Shown here in pieces: positions 57,249-64,000 of a stretch of 64,000 bases of DNA. Both the position numbers and the translations under genes were made by a program. Position 1 is the stretch's first letter, and each line of letters opens with the position of its first letter. The DNA lies in the IMG/VR virus record IMGVR_UViG_3300009709_000021, positions 38,183 through 102,182 of that record. One strand, written 5' to 3'. Source of the stretch: a virus. The notes under the pieces were generated by a model. It saw only the letters and a list, made by a program, of their open reading frames with translations, made no database searches and was not told where the DNA came from.

Positions 57249-59114
57249 ATGCATATCCTCCAACCGTACTTCCGAGTTGTTGTTGCGTCGAAGGCTGACT
57301 TCGAGAAAGCTCAACAGGAAAACTATCCCGAGATCTTTATGATCACGACTGACGGGATTTACAAGCATCATCGTCTAGGCGCGAACGGAAGTGAACGATA
57401 CGTTTGCGCGAAAGTTCCGGCCATTCCTGGCTACGAGATGATGATCCCGCCGAAACAAGAAACAAAATTCTTGCCTGACGGGAAAGTTCCGGGCGAACTG
57501 TTTGAGCAAATCGTCAGTTTATACCGTGAAGTGATGCGGGTCAACAACGGCCGAAATCTCGAAGCGATGGCGTGGATTCTGTGGACTAAAGAGCAAGGAT
57601 ATTTTATCCATGTTCCGAAGCAGCAAGTTTCTGGCGCAAGTGTCAACTACGATTGGGATATTCCCGAAGGTAGCACTGTGATTGTGGATACTCATTCACA
57701 TAACAGCATGGGGGCATTCTTCTCCGGCACAGATGACGGCGACGACCGTAAGGGTGTTCGCTACTCAGGTGTGGTCGGTAAGTTGACGGCAACCACTTTC
57801 GAAATGATCTGGCGGTTCTGCTACCAGGGCAAGTTCTTCGACACCAAATTCGACGACATCTTTGCGCCGCCCCGGGCGGAGGTTAACCCGGATTGGTTGG
57901 GAAAGATCGAGACACACTCGTATGGTGGTTATCAAGGATACGGGTATCAGGGGGGTCGGGCAGGAAGTCACAACGGAAGCAACGGCACGGGAACAACAGC
58001 TTCGACTGGCGGGACGAGCGGGACGGTGGGACGGAATCGAGCGGACCATCTGAGGCCATATCAGTTTCAACCGGGGGGCGGAAGAAACGGCGGGGCGGGA
58101 AACACTGGAAGCGGAACCGGGGGTGCTAATTCTACGGGTCGGCCTCATGAAGACGCCTACGATTTCGACGCTCAGTACGAAGACTACTACCGCAGATTGT
58201 CTGGTCAACCTGCATCCGATGGTACCGGACCAACTTCCAGACCGCCAACTCCGACAGGTCGGCCGGTGTATGACCAGCGTACTCGTGTAGCAACAACGAT
58301 CGATCCGAGTGCTTACGACAATTCCTCACGGACTCCCGCTGCAACTCAGGAGAACCAGGGAAACGTATCGGCCGGAACACCGACGGGGACAGCATTAACG
58401 GTGGTTCCGGCAAAGGGCGGAGAGGCCGTGATCGTGGACGCAAATGGTCAGCCATTGAAGAATTCATCCGAGAAGCTGACGACGGCTCAATCGCTCCTAG
58501 CCGACATGGAAAAAGTTCACGGCGCGGCGGTGGGGGCAAACGGAACGGAAAGTAACGCTACTACTCCTGAACCTAAAACCGATGCATTTCCGTTTCCGAA
58601 AGGTTCGGATTTCATAGATAAAGGGAATGGAGAGCTCGCACCCTTAGGAGGGCCCGCAGCGGGGGAGCGCTCGGGGACTAACGCCAAGAATATTTTGGCC
58701 GAAGTCCCCGTCGATCTGTCTGAAGAAGAAGCTGATGCCATCCTTCGTAATCTCGCTAACCGTGCAATGTGGGAGGCAGGAGGTGAAGGTTTTGACATCG
58801 AAGGGCACAACGAAAGTTTGGGGTTTCTACCTGACGGAGCGGGGGAAGAAGGTGTTTCCATCTCCGGCTTCGAGGAACATCCCCGTTTTCAAGATATCGC
58901 AGTTAACTATGGAGTAACCGTAGCTAATGCATTCTGCTTAATCAACGAATTATCTGTTGAATTTGCGGGCGGCGGTTGCGATGAAATGATAATGGAAATC
59001 GTTGGTGACTTCTTCCAACTCTTACCAGAGGACTCAGCAGTGAAGACGTTTCGGAATCTATATGAATTTCTGTCGGCAAAGAATCAAGCCGATATCAATT
59101 CTAAAGGCATCTAA
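57249..59114 (+). CDS. JAB/MPN+ metallopeptidase (PRTRC protein A-like) with long disordered linker and acidic C-terminal domain
   Basis: Catalytic Glu in NLEAMA, VPKQQVS, JAMM motif DTHSHNSMGAFFSGTDDGDD, SGVVGKL. Confidence 0.92.
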   Translation: MHILQPYFRVVVASKADFEKAQQENYPEIFMITTDGIYKHHRLGANGSERYVCAKVPAIPGYEMMIPPKQETKFLPDGKVPGELFEQIVSLYREVMRVNNGRNLEAMAWILWTKEQGYFIHVPKQQVSGASVNYDWDIPEGSTVIVDTHSHNSMGAFFSGTDDGDDRKGVRYSGVVGKLTATTFEMIWRFCYQGKFFDTKFDDIFAPPRAEVNPDWLGKIETHSYGGYQGYGYQGGRAGSHNGSNGTGTTASTGGTSGTVGRNRADHLRPYQFQPGGGRNGGAGNTGSGTGGANSTGRPHEDAYDFDAQYEDYYRRLSGQPASDGTGPTSRPPTPTGRPVYDQRTRVATTIDPSAYDNSSRTPAATQENQGNVSAGTPTGTALTVVPAKGGEAVIVDANGQPLKNSSEKLTTAQSLLADMEKVHGAAVGANGTESNATTPEPKTDAFPFPKGSDFIDKGNGELAPLGGPAAGERSGTNAKNILAEVPVDLSEEEADAILRNLANRAMWEAGGEGFDIEGHNESLGFLPDGAGEEGVSISGFEEHPRFQDIAVNYGVTVANAFCLINELSVEFAGGGCDEMIMEIVGDFFQLLPEDSAVKTFRNLYEFLSAKNQADINSKGI

Positions 59115-59128
59115 CTAACCCGTCACAT

Positions 59129-59170
59129 TGGTATAAGAGACGCAGAGGGGATTTACTCCTTTGTGTCTCT
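59129..59170 (+). promoter_or_regulatory. phage promoter motif TGGTATAAG plus leader hairpin
   Basis: Motif 59129-59137; AGAGACGCAGAGGGG...CTCCTTTGTGTCTCT stem. Confidence 0.75.
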
Positions 59171-59187
59171 TAATTTTAGGAGGATAT

Positions 59188-60663
59188 GTGTTTACATACA
59201 GACCGCATACCATGCCGCAGCAATTCTTCATCATTGGCGGCGGCGGGACGGGTGGCAGATTGGTTCCTCTTTTGGCTCAGTTTCTTCGGTCTATTACGAA
59301 GGATGTTGGACCAAGAGGTTGGTTGATAGACCCGGCCATTGTCATTATCGATGACGACGTTGTGGAGACGAAGAATTTGATTCGTCAAAACTTCATTCAG
59401 CGGGATGTCGGAAAACCGAAAGCAATTGTTTTGGCCGAGCGTTATTCGAAGGCGTTTGGCATAAACATTCATCCAATCGTTGAACGAGTTACCTCAGCAA
59501 TGGCAATGGAAAAAGTTCTTGCTGAAAAAGTTCCAAGCAGAGATTTTATCGGTTCAAAAGATGCGATAGTATTTCTGTGTGTTGATTCGGTTAAAGCCCG
59601 AAGGGAAGTGTTACTTGCGTTTACGCATATGAACATGAACCTTCATTCAAAGCCGTATTTTGTCATCGACGCTGGCAACGAAGATACGTTTGGACAAGTA
59701 AAGTTCTTTCATCTTCAGACTATTGCGTCGGGTTTTCAAGAGAAGACAAGTGCTGTTTCAACGATGAAAGTTCCTCCGATGGTTCCGGAGAAAGTCAGCA
59801 TTCCGTTCATTCCGCTTGATCCGAAGTACTATGACAGTATCGTTGATAATCAAGCGGCGAGCTGTGCAGATTTGGACCAAACTTTAGCCATCAATGCTCA
59901 AATGGCAACGATGATGATGGGTGTGGCTCAGAACTACATGTACTTCAAACCCTTCACATATAGTGGCCGTAGCTTCGACCTGATGGGAGCAGGTAATACG
60001 TCTTGGATGACGATGGATGCTATCCGGCGTATGACGTGGTTCATGAAAGAAGTGGTGCCGGTGAGCTCATTTTGTGCCAATTTCCCCAAGGCGAGAAGTG
60101 CTCCGGCTAAAGCGATTCTGGACGACTATGTCACGAAGAACCGCGACAAGCTGGTTACTATGGGCATTGATCCGGATACTGGTAGGAAGTACGAATCGAT
60201 GAAAACAGTGTCAATCATCGAAGATCCAAAACCAGTGGAAGCAGTAAAAGTAGAGGTTGAGGAAATGGCGTTGGAACCTGTGTCTGCCCCAGTTATTTCG
60301 ACTCCAGTTGAAGTAGTCGGTGGACGGCCAGCCCAATTTATTACTACCACGCCTCCGCCGCCACCTCCTGCAGCAGTACGGGCAGCACAACGCTTGAACG
60401 CAACTCCACAACCAGATACCGGTGAGATGGCAGATCGTGCAATGTGGCCATTCCCGACGGGGGATAGGCATCCAGTAGCAGCCGAGAGGAGTGCGGCTGA
60501 GACTGCATTACATGAAGCGATTCGAGTATTGGGAAACAATACTGCAGCGGTAGGATTGGATGAAGCGATTCGAGTATTGGGAAACAATACTGCAGAGGTT
60601 GAACCAATGATGGATGAAGTTGAAATGCCGGTGATATCACCACCGCCGGTTGCATTGCCGTAA
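59188..60663 (+). CDS. ThiF/E1-family ubiquitin-like activating enzyme with Pro-rich tail
   Basis: IIGGGGTGG, IDDDVVETKNLIRQNF, K..VLAERY, CVDS, IDAGN, SCAD (putative catalytic Cys), IN..MA; GTG 59188 after AGGAGG. Confidence 0.93.
   Translation: MFTYRPHTMPQQFFIIGGGGTGGRLVPLLAQFLRSITKDVGPRGWLIDPAIVIIDDDVVETKNLIRQNFIQRDVGKPKAIVLAERYSKAFGINIHPIVERVTSAMAMEKVLAEKVPSRDFIGSKDAIVFLCVDSVKARREVLLAFTHMNMNLHSKPYFVIDAGNEDTFGQVKFFHLQTIASGFQEKTSAVSTMKVPPMVPEKVSIPFIPLDPKYYDSIVDNQAASCADLDQTLAINAQMATMMMGVAQNYMYFKPFTYSGRSFDLMGAGNTSWMTMDAIRRMTWFMKEVVPVSSFCANFPKARSAPAKAILDDYVTKNRDKLVTMGIDPDTGRKYESMKTVSIIEDPKPVEAVKVEVEEMALEPVSAPVISTPVEVVGGRPAQFITTTPPPPPPAAVRAAQRLNATPQPDTGEMADRAMWPFPTGDRHPVAAERSAAETALHEAIRVLGNNTAAVGLDEAIRVLGNNTAEVEPMMDEVEMPVISPPPVALP
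60512..60595. repeat. 36-bp exact direct repeat (48-bp period) encoding EAIRVLGNNTA
   Basis: 60512-60547 = 60560-60595. Confidence 0.9.
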
Positions 60664-60668
60664 AGAAC

Positions 60669-60700
60669 AAAGCCAGACAAAATATCGTCTGGCTTTTTTT
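60669..60700. terminator. intrinsic terminator closing the Ubl cassette
   Basis: AAAGCCAGAC-AAAATATC-GTCTGGC followed by T7. Confidence 0.8.
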
Positions 60701-61109
60701 AGCTTACTAACTCTCGGGAAGCTTCGGTGAGAGTATCAGTGACGTTATATGTGTTAAGGGTTGTTCCATCTTGACGAACCAGAGTCAAGACTCCAGTAGT
60801 TTTATCCCATGACCAAGAGCCGAGGGCTTCATCTTCAATATTTTGTAAGAACGACTGATCAGAGCGAGTAGTAACATTCACTCGTGCTTGGAGTTCGCCG
60901 AAACAGAAGACATCGTAGACACCAGTGGAAGTTGGGGTGAATGTAAGGGAGTAAAGATTGCCTGTACCCACATATGCCACAGTAATAGTAGTTGAATTTG
61001 TAGCACCATTTAGATATAAGGCCAAGTCAGGGATAACCGTCAAGCTAGGCTCATTGCCATTGACCATGACAAAAGCTTGGGTGTTAACGGGAGAATTAAA
61101 TGTTGTCAT
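60699..61109 (-). CDS. probable virion structural protein (Ig-like)
   Basis: T-rich and Lys-poor; G.Y.L.FTP...G.Y, ALGSWSWDK. Confidence 0.6.
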   Translation of the reverse strand: MTTFNSPVNTQAFVMVNGNEPSLTVIPDLALYLNGATNSTTITVAYVGTGNLYSLTFTPTSTGVYDVFCFGELQARVNVTTRSDQSFLQNIEDEALGSWSWDKTTGVLTLVRQDGTTLNTYNVTDTLTEASRELVS

Positions 61110-61110
61110 A

Positions 61111-61674
61111 TTATTTATCCGTCAAGTGTTTCAGGTAAATTTGAACAGCCTTAATTTTATTGGCTGCTGTTTCTTTATTATTAGACTTCTCAGGAAAATA
61201 ACTATCTGGAATAAATTCCATTGGAGAAACATCAAATCCATCTTCGATCAATAACTTGGCAATACCTGCTTTCATTGCATTACTAAATTGGATAAAAGGA
61301 ATTTTCCAGTCGTCAAGTACATCTCGCACTTCAACGACAGCTCCAATCATTTCCAAACTATTTGGAGTTATAAGGGTTTCAAAATCATGAGGCACTCCGT
61401 TAACTACATCACAAATAGCGATGAAGCCGAGAATATTTTCGTAGAAAATATGAGGATTTACTGCCAGGGTTTTTAAGACTTCAATTTTTTCAGTAAGCAT
61501 TACAGGGGCTAGCCCTTTACCTTCCATCAAATCATCAACAATGGTTTCAAGTTCAAAGTTTATCCATTGTCCAGGAACAGTTAGAGGCTCTCCTTCCTCA
61601 CTAAATTTTTTATCTAGATAGCGGGAAAGTCTAACGAGAGATGTCTCGGCAAGCTTATCAACGGGTACAGTCAT
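61111..61674 (-). CDS. hypothetical protein (head region)
   Basis: 187-aa acidic ORF coupled to the upstream gene. Confidence 0.65.
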   Translation of the reverse strand: MTVPVDKLAETSLVRLSRYLDKKFSEEGEPLTVPGQWINFELETIVDDLMEGKGLAPVMLTEKIEVLKTLAVNPHIFYENILGFIAICDVVNGVPHDFETLITPNSLEMIGAVVEVRDVLDDWKIPFIQFSNAMKAGIAKLLIEDGFDVSPMEFIPDSYFPEKSNNKETAANKIKAVQIYLKHLTDK

Positions 61675-62549
61675 TATATGCAGTTAGTCATTCGCAACAG
61701 AAGTTGCTGGGAATCAATGGGGAGAGACTCAAGCGCGGCTTTAAAGTTCATCGGACCATCATTCATCTCACGAGTGATTTCTGTACCAAGGTAACTAGCT
61801 AACCTTTTTTCACCTAAAGCAAGGATATTGTTAAGAGGAATTTCTTTGTTACGAAGGCGAACAGTCATTGAATCCAAAGCTTCGGCTTGTTTTGTTACCA
61901 AGGTCTCTTTAAAAAAATCCATGGTTAAACCAGCAGCTTTATCCATTTCCGAAACAGTTCGGCATAAGTCAACAACTGTTTCAGGTTTTAAATTGAATTC
62001 GTTTGCTTTGTTAATTGCTGCCGCAAGCTTAACATATCCAGCTTGATTTGTTTTATGATAACGAACTGCAAGACTTTTGACTGCTGCTTCTTTAACTAAA
62101 AAAGCATGTCCAGAATACCGCTTAACTTGGTCTGAAGGTTCAATGCCTAAAGCTTTTGCTTCTTTATAAAGGTTCTCTGCCTTGGCACTTTGTTCCAGGA
62201 CATCAGTAAATCCTGTGAAATCACCTTCAAAGTTAGCTTGTTTGTCCATGTATTCACCGGGAAGGACAGCGGCCGCTTTCTTTTCGTGTACCACAGCAAC
62301 CATCTTATCTGTCAGTGTTTTGATCTGACTTTCAACATTATACAATTTAACTGCTTTAGCTACTTTTTCAAGTACATTCAAAGCAATAGGGTTGCCACTA
62401 ACTTGGGCTGCGTAATTTACGCACAAAGCAGAAGCAATGCATGAGTCACGATTTGATAGAGGAAACTCCTCATCCACGTGGGCTTGTTTGATCATTGGCA
62501 GTGCTTCGGGCACAAGTTCCAAGATAGGTTTAAGTGTATGAGCGAGCAT
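61674..62549 (-). CDS. hypothetical helical protein rich in KxA motifs (possible head/internal protein)
   Basis: KQA, KVA, KKA, KEA, KLA, KAA repeated about 10 times. Confidence 0.65.
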   Translation of the reverse strand: MLAHTLKPILELVPEALPMIKQAHVDEEFPLSNRDSCIASALCVNYAAQVSGNPIALNVLEKVAKAVKLYNVESQIKTLTDKMVAVVHEKKAAAVLPGEYMDKQANFEGDFTGFTDVLEQSAKAENLYKEAKALGIEPSDQVKRYSGHAFLVKEAAVKSLAVRYHKTNQAGYVKLAAAINKANEFNLKPETVVDLCRTVSEMDKAAGLTMDFFKETLVTKQAEALDSMTVRLRNKEIPLNNILALGEKRLASYLGTEITREMNDGPMNFKAALESLPIDSQQLLLRMTNCI

Positions 62550-62558
62550 GTGGTTGGG

Positions 62559-63161
62559 TCAATTTGGGAAATATAGTTCTTTAACTTTATCACCGATCTG
62601 TTTAAAGCCTCGGTCTCTAGCTTGTTCCTGATTCTTCCTAATGAAATCTGAAATTGGATCCCCGATTTTCTCGGGATTAGATTTTTGAACATTATGAAGC
62701 AGCAAAACATTAAATGCATTTTCGTTTGTCGGCTCTTTAACAACAGTTTGAAGGGCATTATTAATATCGATCCGCCTATGAATTTCTTTTTCTGAATCAA
62801 GCATTTTAAGAACTGCACTGCTTAATCCACCTGCGACAGCACCCATACCTGCTGCTGTAAGAGTAGGGAGAATTGATGCGCGTGAATAGCCTCTGATGCC
62901 GAATCCTAAGCTTCCACCTGCTAATGCGCCTGCAATGGCACCTTCAGCGACTCCACGTTTATATTTGCGAATATCGAAACGAGAAATATTATATAGATCA
63001 CTACGGGTGCCTTGCTCAAGTTCCTCAGCATGTTCTTTGACAATACGAATCTTATCCGATAACGGTAGTTTCATAAAATAAGCATCATCCAGGAGATAGT
63101 GAAGATCTATCCCACGAGATTTATAAAATGCAATGAGTTGAGCTGCTAATTTATTATCCAT
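62559..63161 (-). CDS. glycine-zipper membrane-associated protein
   Basis: GAIAGALAGGSLG and AAGMGAVAGG segments. Confidence 0.6.
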   Translation of the reverse strand: MDNKLAAQLIAFYKSRGIDLHYLLDDAYFMKLPLSDKIRIVKEHAEELEQGTRSDLYNISRFDIRKYKRGVAEGAIAGALAGGSLGFGIRGYSRASILPTLTAAGMGAVAGGLSSAVLKMLDSEKEIHRRIDINNALQTVVKEPTNENAFNVLLLHNVQKSNPEKIGDPISDFIRKNQEQARDRGFKQIGDKVKELYFPN

Positions 63162-63166
63162 AGACG

Positions 63167-63805
63167 CTAAAAAGAAACACGTTCTCCTATTTTAGCGCGT
63201 CTCTTTGCGAGCACAGAATCAAATACCATCAAGGGATTCGACTGGACTCCAGGGGTTATAGCCGGATTTAAAACGAAGCTTGTTTGGATAAGATAAGGAC
63301 TTGTTTCAGGGAGATAAATTTCCTCCATGAAAAGATAGGACCAGGTTCCATCGACAGGTAGGCAACAGATGCCTAAGACATCGAATTCACCCTTAACAAG
63401 ACAGGAAGTACGAACAATGCCAACACCTTCTATTTCTACATCTCTTTTGTCAGTGGCTTTACTACGTACTTTACCTTGCCATGTTTCATTGAGGCAATCA
63501 TGGCGTATTGAATCAGAGGCAAGGGATTTAAGTTCTAAACGAATAACTTCGTCTTTATACGTAATTCTTAAATCACCTTTCTCTTCAGAGGCATCGGGTA
63601 TTTTCTCAACCTTCTGCACATCCGGCAGACCTCGAAGCATTTGAGCCAAGCGACGCTCCGCCACGAAGCCTTGGACATATCCCCTGAGCGATGAATTCTC
63701 AAGCAATAAAGATTCGATCTCCTCTAAGGTAACACCGGAGAGAATAGCTTTGTTAAGAGATAGGGGTTCCATAGGATGAACAAAGGTTGGTATTGATCTT
63801 GCCAT
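63167..63805 (-). CDS. PD-(D/E)xK endonuclease (restriction-endonuclease-like)
   Basis: G.V.G.VAE helix, KGDL, LELKS catalytic pattern, FDVL. Confidence 0.75.
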   Translation of the reverse strand: MARSIPTFVHPMEPLSLNKAILSGVTLEEIESLLLENSSLRGYVQGFVAERRLAQMLRGLPDVQKVEKIPDASEEKGDLRITYKDEVIRLELKSLASDSIRHDCLNETWQGKVRSKATDKRDVEIEGVGIVRTSCLVKGEFDVLGICCLPVDGTWSYLFMEEIYLPETSPYLIQTSFVLNPAITPGVQSNPLMVFDSVLAKRRAKIGERVSF

Positions 63806-64000
63806 TGTAAGTCTATTGCCTTTTCTTTGTCAAGCTGCTACTGGCAATGAGTTTAACTTTCTGGCCGAAGGAAGGGATGATTACAAAATTTTCTGTAAAT
63901 AAAATTTCTTTACAAAATTGATTTTCCGTTTTTGTAAGACCTAAGTGTTTGATTTATAAAGGAAAAAAGGTCTTTTTACAAAAAAACAAAAATTTTCTTG

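Noticed and set aside
27569-60595. CRISPR array or diversity-generating retroelement repeats
   Set aside because: The direct repeats found (27569, 31871, 60512) are two-copy, in-frame coding duplications; no spacers, cas genes or reverse transcriptase
54804-60663. Host anti-phage Bil or CBASS island captured by a prophage
   Set aside because: No CD-NTase or effector; E2 is family D and Ubl is PRTRC-C-like; genes use the phage's own promoter motif
59188-60663. ThiF/MoeB for thiamine or molybdopterin synthesis
   Set aside because: No ThiS/MoaD with GG end, no ThiG/MoaE, no CxxC Zn pairs; E2 and JAB are adjacent
57431-60680. Long antisense and alternate-frame ORFs over JAB and E1 (e.g. 60126-60680, 57765-58208)
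   Set aside because: Shadows of GC-rich low-complexity coding sequence; no SD or recognisable motifs
1-64000. Alternative genetic code (stop-codon reassignment)
   Set aside because: Standard code gives dense, full-length, tightly coupled genes throughout

Overview
64-kb segment of a large, AT-rich myovirus (Gram-negative host inferred from the two-component spanin). It has three parts. (1) 1-11.2 kb, mostly + strand early/accessory genes: AAA ATPase end, 5'(3')-deoxyribonucleotidase, YqeY, XRE regulator, DHH phosphoesterase, dimeric dUTPase, a ~640-nt highly structured non-coding RNA candidate, and an array of 8-9 paralogous ~90-aa proteins. Many of these units start at a recurring TGGTAT[A/T]AG motif, often followed by a hairpin. 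(2) 11.3-54.7 kb, - strand late module: terminase, tail chaperones with a probable -1 frameshift, tape measure, baseplate, phage sigma factor, HNH nuclease, many tail fibres and at least 4 beta-helix tailspikes, and a GH19 lysin-holin-spanin cassette. (3) 54.8-60.7 kb, a + strand cassette inside the morphogenesis region that encodes an apparently complete prokaryotic ubiquitin-like conjugation pathway: Ubl ending GAKG, two unknown genes, family-D E2, JAB peptidase and ThiF/E1. It is PRTRC-like but has no ParB and uses the phage's own promoter motif. This is the most interesting system in the window. Other notable items are extreme lysine depletion in exposed virion proteins and a tail-module protein carrying an RpoC (beta') zinc-binding subdomain. 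All assignments come from motif recognition by eye; no database searches were run.
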